Positions 25,701-38,492 of a DNA stretch of 64,000 nt are shown piece after piece. The position numbers and the translations under genes are program-made. The stretch is from Malacoraja senta (Eukaryota), in the NCBI GenBank assembly GCA_038087875.1, contig JAXLNO010000357.1, forward strand, positions 62,001-126,000. Reading direction: 5' to 3'. How positions within the stretch are numbered: the stretch's first letter is position 1; every line of letters begins with the position of its first letter. Below the pieces are notes generated by a model. The model saw only the letters and a program-made list of their open reading frames with translations. It searched no databases and was not told where the DNA came from.

Positions 25701-26044
25701 AGGAGTGAGGTCAATGGTAATCTGCCCAAGACCCCACCCCAACTATTTTTCTAGGTGCCTGAGAAGATTTTTAGGCTCCCAGCTGATGTTTGTAGTTTGT
25801 TTGTATTGTGATGTGCCACTGATGACAGCAGTTATCCATGTAATAATGCCTTTTGGCACTTTTGGAACTGATCTATTTTCAGCAGAAGGACTCGTTAATA
25901 TAACAAGGCAGTGCAAATTGCTGGAGCAACACTGGCAACTTATTGAGCTTACCCTTTAAGAAACCAGCACTAAATCTGTGGTTCCCAAGCAGGCTGCCTG
26001 ACCAGTGGAGGAGAAGCAAAGATACAGGTCATCAGATTTTTTTT

Positions 26045-26441
26045 TCTTAGGCCCCCTTGCTCATGGCTGACCATGGGTGTCTCTAGGGATGGAGGACGCC
26101 TGTGCGTCACTTTGTTTAATGTGGGGACACTGGTGCAGACAGCCACCACACGGTCCTTGGCAGATCTGGGTCAGGATCTAGTGGCATGGACTCCAAGATG
26201 ACCGGGGACCCTTTTCTGCTGCAGCCTTCATCCGCCTTCCCAGCCGTTGTGATGCTCCACTAAGGTCAGCCATCATCCTCTGCCTGTTCCACCGTTCACG
26301 TCTTGGTTGGATTGCTCTTTGTCAGAGTCCTCCCCCTCGTCCTTACCGCCATGGGTGGCCCTATCAAGAGCATAGCTCCAGAAGGCATCGCTCTCAGGAC
26401 CACACAAGCTTCTCCACCACGACAAGGTGGCAATCCACGGA
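26045..26441 (-). mobile_element. RTE-derived short non-autonomous element
   Basis: Minus-strand 5' end ccgtggattgccaccttgtcgtggtggagaagcttg..gagctatgc..agggccaccca resembles the RTE/BovB-type 5' UTR; A-rich 3' end. Confidence 0.55.
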
Positions 26442-26877
26442 GGCTGTCAGTGAGGTTTTAATAATAGGTTTGTTCAGTGAGGTTGTAATAATATGGAGGT
26501 CATTCAGTAAGAAAAAATATATAAAGATAACTATTCAGTGTGCTAGTTATCCTGGCTGTATGGATTTTCTGGAACAGTCTGATTCCTTAATGGTATACAT
26601 TGTCACATCATCAGGAGTCTATGAAGGTTGATGGCACTTATTTAGCCGGGTGTTAACTTGCAGTGTTGAGACTTATTAAGAGGTCAGGAATGACTGTGGT
26701 AAACAGCTGTACAATTATTATTGATAGATGATCATCCTATAAAGAAGTCTTAAGTCACTGATTCGAGCTGAAGTTGTGGAAACATTATCTGTAATTATTA
26801 CGTTCCTTGTTAATTGCACAAAAGTTGGGTAAATTATGGGTAATTGCTGGTGTGCAGTCAATTTTTTAGCGAGCTTT

Positions 26878-27161
26878 TATTTTTAAAGATACAGCATGGA
26901 AACAAGCCCTTTGGGCCACCGAATCCATACCGACCATTGCACCCATTTACATTTGTTATCCCACTGGACACTAAGAAAGGCAATTTACAGGGGCCAATTA
27001 TCCTACAAACCCGCACGTCTTGGGATGTGGGAGTAAACCAGAGCATCTGAAGGACAGGGAGAGCGTTGCAAACTCCATGCAGACAACACCTGAGCTCAGG
27101 ATCAATCCTTGGCCTCTGGCACTGTGAGGCAGTGGCTGTACCGCTGCACGACTGTGCCACC
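26878..27161 (-). mobile_element. HE1/V-SINE-like SINE
   Basis: Minus strand: gtggcacagtcgtgcagcggta (A box)..ggattgatcc (B box), V-domain, CR1-type tail. Confidence 0.82.
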
Positions 27162-28177
27162 TTGTCACATACCAATTGGATCAAATTGCCTGTTTTCCTG
27201 GTGTAGGCTTGCACGATTCAATGTTCTTGAACACATCACCCCGTTATGAGGGTAAATAATGGTCTTGACTTCAGATGTCATGGTTAAAGAAGAAAGATAT
27301 TGATGCATAATCAATATAATTCTCGACCAATTGTGCTCTTCTCAATATGATTATATCTGTATGTTAATAACATCAGCAGGATAATTAGGTGAAGTTAATG
27401 TTGAAATGGGCATGTAAATTGTAATGGGATGATCATAGTTCTGTGTGTAATTTCTCCATTACAGATCCGTGGGCAACATATTCTATCTAGTTGTGTGAAG
27501 AATTACTTAGTTAAAACAAAGTCTAGTTAAATGCTGGAAGCATTAATCAGTTTAGGCAGAATCTGTATAAAGAGATAGTATTTCAGGCTAAAAATATCAA
27601 GTTCTGGAGTAACCAAGTGGGTCAGTCAGTATCTCTGGTGAATATTTGATAGGTGATGTTTCGAGTTGGGTCCAAAGAGGAACTCTACCCTGAAATGTCA
27701 CCTGTCCATGTCACCTGTATTCACAAATATCGCCTATCTGCAAAGATGCTGCCTGACCCATTGAGTTATCCAGCATTTTGGGTATTTTGCTCAAGATTCC
27801 ATCATGTGTAGTTCCTTGTATCTAATATTTTAGGCTGATGGCCTTTCTTGAAAATATCATCTTTATATATTTAACCTATTAAATCATGTCCAAATTTATG
27901 TTTTTTTTGTGCTTGTAAGAGTCAGAAAATTTGAGCACAATAATCGTGGTGAGCAAAATAACAATAAAGGAATAATCCATTGTCAAAGCTTCTGATTTTG
28001 AGATGAAACATTAAACTGAAGCTTTTTAGCAACGTAAAGTCATCATATCTCTCATCAACCACGTGAAAGAAATACAATCACCTGGCTTTAATTACATTGC
28101 TGATTATGAAACCTGGCTTTACAACTGTGAATATATGCTCAAAAAGCTGGCTTGACAACTGTGAATATAGACTCAAA

Positions 28178-28252
28178 AAACTCAACGCGTCAGGCAGCAG
28201 CTCTGGAGAAAAGGAATAGGTGACGTTTCAGGTCGAGACCCTTCTTCAGACT
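28178..28252 (-). mobile_element. Penelope-terminus element with intact hammerhead core (28222-28249)
   Basis: Minus strand reads agtCTGAAGAaGGGTctcgACCTGAAAcGTCacc. Confidence 0.75.
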
Positions 28253-29983
28253 GTGAATGCAGTTGAGGATGTATCTCATTGACTGTAACCCATATGGTGA
28301 TGCATTGATGTGCTTAACAATGTCATAAAAATGCAGTTCTATTATTTTGTTAATAGCGCTGCCATTTTATTTGTTACAACTGCCAGTGATGGATGCCCTC
28401 CATTAAATTACTTGAGTATTTATATACAAACCACAATGCTTAAATCAAAGTATTGTGTATTTGGTTTCTAATTTGATGTGAAATTGTCTTGTAATAATTT
28501 TTTTTTAATTTTTATTTATTTATTTATTTTTAAATTAGAAGTACATTACATTACATTACAACCACATACATTAGTACTCGTCACATATATCTTCTTACAA
28601 TTAATGTACTCCGTTTGTTTTTACACTAATAAAGGGAAAGGATGAGATTGAGGTCTTGTAATAAATTGATGTTTCATTTCCTTGAGCAAAATGGTGTAAA
28701 TGTGGTAAAATTACTAATGGACTGATATTCAATGAATGTAAGCTCAAGGTATTTATAATTAAGGGGATAAAAAGGGCAGTGATTACCAAACAAGTGATGG
28801 CAATATGTGGCAGGGAGGGGTTAGACTAGGCACAAAATTTAGTCATAGGGTTAGGCTTATTGCTATATTCAGTCTTTCAAAGCCCCAATCAATGAATGAT
28901 TGCTTTGTGAATTTAACCTCTTGCATGTTCTGTTTCATTTAAATTGGTGTTTAATCCAATGCATTTGTTTGAATATTATGACATTGGTAAACGGGTATAA
29001 TAGACAATGTACCCATATCACTGCATGATGTATTTGATGTTGAGAAATGGAGAACACTAAAGAGAGCTGGCGTTCCAGTAGCAGGTTAGCTGATCTGATG
29101 AGATAAACTAGCTCTTTGGAACAAATAAGTCGTCTTTGAGCTGATTGGCAGCCAATTCGTTGTGCATGTACTCCTTTTATGCCTGATAAGCTGCATCTGG
29201 GTGACAGAGTACCTTGAAGAGTGACTTGTAATTTATCTGCAAAGATAATAATGACTTGGGGAGTAAATCTTAATCTTTTATTCATATAATCTTCTATTTG
29301 GAAGCAGTAGGATCTCTGGACCTCCCAACCTACTCTCCAATTTGCCACATCACCCACCTACTGCCTCATCAGCGGCTAGGTTGCTGATGTGGCAAATTGG
29401 AGAGTCCCCAATTGTCAGAACCCCACAGAAACAGGATGGAAGCAAATCTTTCAGCTTTGAGAGATTTAAATATTAATAGGATTAAATTTTAATTAAATGT
29501 TTCTTAAATTTTCATTCATCCAGAATACAAAAAAAAATTGTGATAAGTTGATCATTTATTGCAGCCATCACTTGTATTCAGTCTTTATTTCATCCGTGGC
29601 CTCATTGTGGCATGGCAGTAAGAAGTGACATAAAATGCCTTAATTACTTGTATTACAGTCTGTCCAATCCCAGTTTTACTTCTGCACCCATGACTACTGA
29701 CTAATAAAGCACCCTGATCTTGAAGTATACTCGTAATTAGGCCAGTATAATTCTCTCTAATCCCTCTGCATCAGTCTGTCCAGTAATACTGCAACAATTT
29801 CAGAGCCTGAATAGAGATAATAGAATGTTAGATTGATAATAAATCATTATTTAGTGTAAAATAATACTCTCTTAATGATCATCTTTCTACATGCAAGCAA
29901 AGTTATCAGGCATTTTATTGGTTCCATATCGCTCTTACCTAGATTTATACTACACCGGGGTTGGGGGAAGGGGACGGTGGAAA

Positions 29984-30185
29984 TGTGCAGGAAGGAACTG
30001 CAGATGCTGGTTTAAACTGAAGATAGACACAAAATGCTGGAGTAATTCAGCGGGACAAGCAGCATCTCCGGAGAGAAAGAATAGGTGACGTTTCATGTCG
30101 AGACACTTCTTAATCTGAAGATTCCTTCTCTTCAAAGATGCTGCCTACCTCGCTAAGTTACTCCAGCTCTTTGAGTCTATCTTCA
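29984..30185. mobile_element. Penelope-terminus palindromic element followed by an 18-bp x3 tandem repeat
   Basis: Inverted arms; (tcttcaggacaatggaaa)3 at 30180-30233. Confidence 0.78.
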
Positions 30186-30334
30186 GGACAATGGAAATCT
30201 TCAGGACAATGGAAATCTTCAGGACAATGGAAATTATTTTACCATCAATCAATTGATCTTGCATTTTATAATTTAAGATAAGTCTCAGATTTTTTACTCA
30301 AAAGTGAAGTGAATATCTGTTTTGTCTGGTATTG

Positions 30335-31034
30335 ATATTTGGTTTATTTCTGTTATGTGCACAGAGATAGTGAAAGTCTTTGTTTGCATGCTATTGAGTC
30401 AAGTTAAGCCATGCACGAATACAATCAATCCACACCCAAGCACAACAGTGCAAAGAAAAAATATCAGCGTGCAGAATGTAATGCTAGAGCTTATAGCGTT
30501 ACAGTTATAGAGAAAGTGCTGATTTTTTTAAAGTGTAAGGCCGCAATGAGATAGGTTGGGTGATTAGAACCACACCCTCTGCTTATGAGAGCAATATGTT
30601 AAGCAATATGTTAACAGCACAGATGAAGCTGTTCCTGAACCTGATGGTACATCCTTTCAAGCTTTTGTATCTTCTGCCAAAAGGGAGGAGAGGGAATGAC
30701 GGGGGTGTAAAGAGTCCTTGATTATACAAGCTGCTTTCCCAAGAACAGTGTGGTATGTAGATTGGAGGGCCATTGATGGAGGGGATGAATGGTGTTTTGT
30801 GTGATGGACTGGGCTAGGCTCACAACTCTCTGCAATTTCTTGTCATGGGCAAAGCTGTTGCCAAGCCGCTCTAATGCATTTCTATGTTGCATCTGTAGAA
30901 GTTGATAAGAGTCATTGTAAGCATCCCAAACTTCTAAGGAATTAGAGATCTGATGTGCTTTCTTGGCCATAACTACGCTGTTGTTGGTGATATTTATGCC
31001 TAGGAACCTGAAGTTCTCAACAATCGCGACTTAG
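30335..31034 (-). mobile_element. Old Rex1-type LINE 3' fragment (target of the L2 insertion)
   Basis: MAKKAHQ..KKLQRVVSLAQSITQ; apparently resumes at 34714-34755. Confidence 0.7.
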
Positions 31035-34000
31035 CAAGCAAGTTTATTTATATAGCACATTTCAGCAACAAGGCAATTCAAAGTGCTTTACACAAAGCAT
31101 TAAAGAGCAATCAAAAGCAATTAAAAACAGTCATTAAAACGAATAGCAAATAAAACAAGCTAAAATAGAATAAGACAAGTATAAAATACAAGAATAAAAG
31201 TTAGAGTGCAGTGTAAGAAATGAATAAATATTTAATTTAATTAAAGGCAGCGTCAAACAGAGAAGTCTTCAGCCCCGATTTATAAGAACTGAGAGTTGGA
31301 GCGAACCTGCATTTTTCTGGAAGTTTGTTCCATATATGTGGTGCATAAAAAGTAAATGCTGCTTCTCCATGTTTAGTTCTGACTCGGGGGACAGAAAGCA
31401 GACTTGTCCCAGACGACCTCAGAGGTCTGGATGGTTCATAATGTAGCAGAAGATCAGAAATGTATTTTGGCCCTAGACCATTCAGTGCTATATAAACCAA
31501 CAGTAATATTTTGAAATCAATTCTTTGACAGACTGGAAGCCAGTGTAAAGATCTCAAAACTGGAGTGATGTGATCCACTTTCTTGGTCTTAGAGAGGACT
31601 CGGGCAGCAGCGTTCTGAATCAGCTGCAGCTGTCTAATTGTTTTTTTAGGGAGACCTGTGAAGACAGCATTACAGTAGTCAAGTCTACTGAAGATAAATG
31701 CATGGACAAGTTTTTCCAAATCCCGCTGAACCATATGTCCTTTAACCCTTGATACATGCTTAAGGCGATAGTAAGCTGACTTAGTAATTGTCTTAAAGTG
31801 GCTGTTGAAGTTCAGGTCTGAGTCCATGACTACACCAAGAGTTCTGGCTTTGTCTGTGGTTTTTAACATTGCCGATTGAAGCTGAGCACTGACTTTTAAT
31901 CGTTCCTCTTTGGCTCCAAAAACAACTGCCTCAGATTTGTCTTTGTTTAATTGAAGAAATTTTTGGCACATCCAATTGTTAATTTGTTCGATGCACTTAG
32001 TCAGTATTCGTATTGGACCATAGTCCCCTGGTGATATGGTTATGTAAATTGTGTGTCGTCTGCATAATTATGGGAACGTATTTTGTTGTTTTCCATAAAC
32101 TGAGCCAGTGGGAGCATGTAGATGTTAAACAGAAGAGGCCCCATATTGGGGAACTCCACATGTCATATTTGTCTATTACCTATAGACACAAAGTATTCCC
32201 TGTTCTTTTAAGTAGGATTCAAACCAGTTTAGTACTGTGCCAGAAAGTCCAACCCAGTTTTCCAATCAGTCTAGTAATATGGTGTGGTCGACCGTGTCAC
32301 ATGCAGCACTGAGATCCAGTAATACTAAGACTGAAATTTTGCCACTGTTTGTATTTAAGTGGATGTCATTGAAGACCTTAACAAGAGCAGTCTCAGTGCT
32401 GTGGTGTAGTCGAAAACCAGACTGAAAGACGTTAAAACAGTTGTTTAGTGACAAGAAGTTGTTAAGCTGTTGAAAAATGATTTCAATGATTTCACTTAAA
32501 AATGGAAGGTTTGATATGAGCCTGTAATTGCACATTAGTGATATTTCTAGATTGTTCTTTTTTCGAGTGGCTTGATGACTGCAGTTTTCAGGGCCTTTGG
32601 GAAGACACCTGAGAGAAGAGACGTGTTTACGATTTGTAGAAGATCTGAGGCCAAATAATTTGAAACATTTTTGAAAAAAACTTTTGGCAGAATATCAATG
32701 CAGCAGGAGGAGGATTTCGGATGTTGTATGATGTCCTCCAGGTTTTTATGGTTGATTGCACAAAATTGTGTCATGGCATTTAACTTGGTTTTACGTGGAC
32801 AAACAGACGACACACATCCTGTACCTGATATGGAGGCATTGACTGCTTGTCTAATTTTCTGAATTTTGACAGTGAAGGAGGCAAATTCATTGCAGGTCCT
32901 GGTGGAAAGAAATTCAGGTGCTTCTGACACAGGAGGGTTTGTTAGCTTGTCGACAGCAGCAAACAAAGCATGTGCATTATTATTGTTTTTGGCGATGATG
33001 TCAGAGAAGAACGACCGCCTTGCATTTCTCAGCTCCAAGCCATAAATGCGAAGTCTCTCCCTATAGATGTCATAGTGAACCTGGAGATTTGATTTTAGCC
33101 ATCTGCATTCAGCTTTTCAACACTTTTTCTGTTCTTTCACCAGCGTGGCATTTCTCCATGGAGATCTTTTCTTACTAGAGACAGACACACTGCCAGTGGG
33201 TGCAATGGCATCAATAACATTTGTAATTTTAGAATTGAAATGATCTACAAGCTCATTGACTGAGACTCAAGAGGGGGCAGGTGTGGAAGGGAAAAGCTGA
33301 ATAAATGTTTCACTGGTGTTTTCAGTGATAAACGATTTAGTGACTAGCTTTTTTTTGAACATTTCTGTGCACATAGATAGGGCTGTCAAAGAAAACACAG
33401 GAATGATCAGAAAGAGCAACATCAGTCACCACAATCTTGGAAATGTTCAGACCCTTGGAGATAATTAAGTCCAGAGTGTGCCCCTTGTGTGTGGGCTCCG
33501 TCACATGCTGAGTCAGTCCGTAGTTATCAAGAACACAACACAGTTCTTTTGTCCCTCTGTCCTGGGGGTTATCAACATGAATGTTAAAATCACCAACAAT
33601 AATTACACAATCAAAGTCAATACAGATTATAGACAGCAGTGCAGTAAACTCATCAAAGAAGCTTGCACAGTATTTAGGTGGCCTGTAGATATTTAGGAAC
33701 ATAGCTCCTCCAGAGGATGAACTCAGCTGAAGAGCCACATACTCAAAAGAAGCAACATTTTCATAAGAGAACTGCTTGCATTGGAGTGAGTCATTAAACA
33801 TTATGGCGACTCCACCACCTTTCTTATGCACTAGCCTTACTCATAAAACTGATGTTGGGAGGGGTTGACTCGATAAGAACAGCTGCACTGTTATTATGAT
33901 CCAACCAAGTTTCAGTTAAAAACATAAAATCAAGATTGTACTTAATAATGAAATCGGTGATTAAAAAAGATTTTCCTGACAAAGACCAGACATTAAAAGA

Positions 34001-34713
34001 TAGTTTTAGTGTGTTAAAAGCATTATCTGTCCCATTTTTTGGGACAGGCTGTGGCTGACGAGGAATGGAGAAATTTGCAGTGGAGTGCTTCTTGTTTCTT
34101 AGCGGATTCACCATTCTTTTTCTATTACCTATCAAGACAGAAATTGAGGAAGCTTTTGGTCCACAAGGGCCCTGGCTTGTCGGGTAAAGAGTCATGAGTG
34201 CCATTAGCCGTGCAGCCTGGACCCAGCACGTATCAATTAGAGCTCGCTGCATTTTGTTCACAAGCAACTTTATCAGGCTGGGCAGACAGAGGATGATGCC
34301 GTCGTGCAGGGGGCGGAGGTGCTCGGCATCGTACCTGTGATGATTGTGTCAAAACCGGGGCAGGTGGATGCCTGGGAGGGGAGTGGGGAGAAAATGGGTG
34401 GAGGACAGTTTGGATTCCAGCAATGACCAGCTCTTTCATCTGGTTGTTTAAGAAAGAACTGCAGATGCTAGAAAAACCGAATGTAGACAAAAATGCTGGA
34501 GAAACCCAGTGGGTGAGGCAGCATCTGTGGAGCGAAGGAATAGGTGACGTTTCGGGTCTGAAGAATGGTCTCGACCCGAAACGTCACCTATTCCTTCGCT
34601 CCATTGATGCTGCCTCACCCGCTGAGGTTCTCCAGCATTTTTGTCTACTTCCTTCATCTGGTTAGTGAACTCCAACAAGGGGGAGGAGGGGGAAAGGGTG
34701 AGTGGAGAGAACG
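31035..34713 (-). mobile_element. L2 LINE: end of ORF1, APE endonuclease and RT, degraded
   Basis: [78 protein letters not shown]; tail tgtaaagcactttga..tgctatataaataaa; TSD g(c/t)gacttag at 31026-31034 and 34714-34722. Confidence 0.93.
34446..34632. mobile_element. Penelope-terminus palindromic element inserted in L2; hammerhead core 34558-34585
   Basis: Near-perfect ~70-bp arms; TSD ttcatctggtt; removing it restores the L2 reading LLEFTNQMKE|LVIAG. Confidence 0.88.
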
Positions 34714-35116
34714 GTGACTTAGGCACCATGGTTGGTGATTGGGGCATATACCTTGTTTTTCTATTGCTAAGCTTAGAAATGTTTTATTATATTCTCTCAT
34801 AAGTACATTTTGCATTCTTGCATTAAATAAAGACATTGAATGTATATGGGATAATAAATAGCAAGAAGTAAATTACACAATATTAATTTAATTGTGTGCT
34901 TCTTGTAGTAGAGTTAATAGCATGAAGATATTCTTGTGGATTTCACTATAAATGTAGAACTTTATGACTGATTATTTTAAACTTGTAGCCAGACATTTAT
35001 GGCAATTTTAAATGAGAGACATAAATTTAGCTGCAAAACAAATGTTTTTAAATGCCACTGTGTTAAATTATGGAAGTGAAATTAAAACTAATTACTCAAA
35101 CCAGATGGCGGACTTG

Positions 35117-35680
35117 GAGTCATAGTCATGGAGTGGTACAGTGTGGAAACAGGCCCTTCGGCCCAACTTGCTCACACTGACCAACATGTCCCAGCTGCAC
35201 TGGGTCCACCTGCCAGCATTTGGTCCATATCCCTCCAAACCTGTCCTATCCATGTACCTGTCTAACTGCTTCTTAAATGTTGGGATAGTCCCTGCCTGAA
35301 CTACTCCTCTGGCAGCTTGTCCCATACATCCACCCACCCTATGTGTGGAAAACATTACCCATCAGATTCCTATTACATCTTTTCTGCTTTACCTTAAACC
35401 TATGTCCTCTAGTCCTCGATTCACCTGCTTTGGGCAAGAGACTCTGTACACCTGCCTGTCGTATTCCTCCCATGATCTTGTACACCTCTATAAGATCACC
35501 CCTCATCCTCCTGCGCTCTAAGGAATAGAGACCCAGCCTACTAAACCTCTGCCTAAAGCTCACACCCTCTAGTCCTGGCAAAATCCTCGTAAATCTTTTG
35601 TGTACCCTTCCAGCTTGACAACATCTTTATTATAACATGGTGCACATAACTGAACAAAATACTCCAAATGTGGCCTCTTC
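35117..35680 (-). mobile_element. CR1 LINE 3' fragment
   Basis: RPHLEYFVQL, LGLYSLERRRMRGDLIEVYKIM, TRGHRFKV, FKKQLDRYM. Confidence 0.88.
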
Positions 35681-37436
35681 AACGCCTTGGAATAATAAAT
35701 GGCACATAATATAATTTCCGATTGCATGGTTGTGAACAGATATTGCATGCACACACAGCAAGCAGAGTTTTCAAAGGAGTCTCGAATGCTTGTCTCATTC
35801 ATAACTGATGTCTCCCTGTGAAATTGAATTGCGTGAAAGCAATAAGCATGCGCGGCGTCATTCACAGCAGCCCTGTGCGAGCGCTATGTTAAAGGGGAAT
35901 TGAAGCAATACTTGCTGGATTCTGCAATAGTAAAGTTTGGAGCTGTGGGACCTCTGTTCACGAGAGAATTTTGCTTTCAAACTTCAGCTGTGGTCTTGCT
36001 GGGCTTGCAGCGGTAGCAGGAAAAGTGAAGAGGAGTTAAAGACAAAACCTCCCCCCTATACACAAGACTGGAAGGGATGGAAGTAAGGGCTCTGGCCTTG
36101 AGACCTATCCCCAAGAGTCATAGATACAGCTAGGAAATGGGTACTTTGGTCCATCAAATCAGCATTAAATGCCCATTCCCACTAATCTTATGTTAATCTT
36201 GATTTTGATTCTCCTAAAGTCCACATAAGAATGCTTATTTTCTAAAAAAAAAACATTTCAAGTGTTTTGCAAATTTCTTGCACTCTGTATCAATTTTTGC
36301 CAGTCTATCATTATTTGGCGGGGAAGGGGGGGGGTCCCAGCTGTTCATAGAACTCTGCTTAATATTGGCTGGCGGATTTTCTATTTGGTAGAAACTGATG
36401 TTTAAGTAACTTATCCTTTCATGTTAACAAAGCTCTGCAGCGTGCTGTCAGTTAGCATCTGGTCATTTTGTGCAATCAATATTCAAAGGAAGAAGACCTC
36501 CTGATTAAGCTTGCAGTCACAACCAAGTGAACCTCATTGATTTGCAGAATCAATATATCGTGATCAATATGTTGCTGTTGACCTTTCTGCTGATTAAAGC
36601 TCTCAACAAGCCCTGCTGCGATTGAAAAGGCTCTGTTGATTTCTCACCCAAATTACTGTAGAGAATGGGCCTGAAGAGAGGTAAATGGTCTCGGAGGTAC
36701 AGAGCAGCCAATTATTTATTCCAACCAAGTCTACATTTTTATGTAAAAATCAGCGATTGTTTATTTTATGAATAAAACCACAATCTATTTTTTAAATTGT
36801 ATTCGCCAACAGCAATGTTGCTTAGCTTTAATCATTATTCAATTTACTCAGGATTATTGCCACAGAATTTGTTTTATTTTTCAAATCCTATTATAATTTG
36901 TAGTCGTTTGCTTAGATCTTACCAAAAATGTTTCTTGACTACTGAATGACTTCATTCACTACATTGTCCAAATATCAAAACAATTTCACTTCATATTTCT
37001 GATTCCATATCCTCAATTTTGACAAATATTTATAAATTATTTTGAAATAAGTGTTGTAATTTACGAACACAAAAAGTTAACACATTGCACTCAAAATTGC
37101 TTTTGTATTTTCAAATCAAAACATTGCTCAAACTCTCTTCCATAATCACAGATATACTGTAAAATGGTCCAGTATATCTTAGAACTATAATAATGCATGT
37201 TTCCCTGTTGCTAAAATATCCTTTGAAACTGAAAGGCCGGTATAGTTTCATTAGTGTAGCTGAAAATGCATTTATCATGGAAACAAACATCTTAAGTTTG
37301 CATTGGACAATAAATATGTTTTTATGATAAGCACATTTTCAACTATGAATAAAACAACAGTAGGCCATCACTCTTAACTATATCAATGAATAATTTTAAA
37401 TAACTGAAAATTGATTTAAAAGGACTTGCAGAAACA

Positions 37437-38492
37437 AGTTAGTTTAGAGATGCAGCATCGAAACAGGCCCTTTGGCACACCAAGTCCACACTGACCAGCG
37501 ATAACCCATACACTAGTTCTATCCTACACACTAAGAGGCAATTTACAGAAGCCTATTAACCTACAAACCTGCACTTCTTTGGAATGTGGGAGGAAATTGT
37601 TAATTCTGGTCAAATTGGAGATGCCAGGACATTAAAATTGAGTGAAGGCTTGTGTGCTGTAAGGCCATTTGGTCAATTTAAATACACCTTCTGCAGAAAT
37701 GGGACATGCTGCAGAATGGTGCCAGCTTGTCTGGAGCCTGGATAAGAGTTGCAGGGATAGAATGGGACAACTGCAGGTTTCTTACAATTAGATGTAAATT
37801 GCATGAAACTGATTGGGTGAATGCAAACCAGACATACACAATGTAAATATTGTTGCAAAGCTTTACTTTGCTAGATGTTGATTGGGTTAAGTGTTGAGCC
37901 TTCTCTGGGTTTCTTGAATATCTGGGCAAATGTTGCTATGTTTGCTTCCTTCCAGAAGCTCTGTTTGAATACAATGTATTGGTTACTGTATTATTGGGTT
38001 AGGGAAATGTCTATCATGTACTGCGTTGGTCGATATCTGTTAATCGACTGTAAAGAGACCACCCCCACATGGTTCAGCCCCTCAAGGTTCGAGGACCTAT
38101 AAAAGGTAGCTCCAATGAGGTCCTGTGTCAATCTTCTGGCAGAACGCTTGGGACTGCGTGACCTTTTGGAGTGTCTCTGCTTGCACAAGGCTAGAAGGGC
38201 TTGGCCAAGCAGATACAAGGATCAAACCCGCGCTGGCTAGCTATAGTGGTGGGGAACTGTTATTGTGTTTTCCCAAAATAAAGTTTAGATGCGCAAGTGC
38301 TTGACTCAGTATCTTATTGACTGAAACTAGACTGGGGGAAGCTTAGAACGAGCTATTTACAAAACCAGAGCAACCGGAGGAAACCCACACAGTCGCAATG
38401 AGAACGTACAAACTCCATACAGCCAGCACTAGTAGTCAGGATCAAACCCAGGTCTCTGGTACTGTAAGGCAGCAACTCTATCACTGTGCTGC
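37437..38492 (-). mobile_element. HE1/V-SINE-like SINE split by a solo LTR
   Basis: ggaatgtgggaggaaa|[LTR]|aaccagagcaaccggaggaaacccac rejoins the V-domain. Confidence 0.8.
37598..38361 (+). mobile_element. Solo LTR
   Basis: TGTTAA...TTTACA termini; TATAAAA at ~38098; AATAAA at ~38277; flanks aaat/aaac; homologous to 11475-12252. Confidence 0.8.

Noticed and set aside
27090..27161. tRNA gene
   Set aside because: The A/B-box region is the head of a SINE, followed by the V-domain and CR1-type tail; there is no complete cloverleaf.
11475..38361. The two LTRs as ends of a single provirus
   Set aside because: Opposite orientation, strongly diverged, separate flanking duplications and no retroviral internal genes between them.
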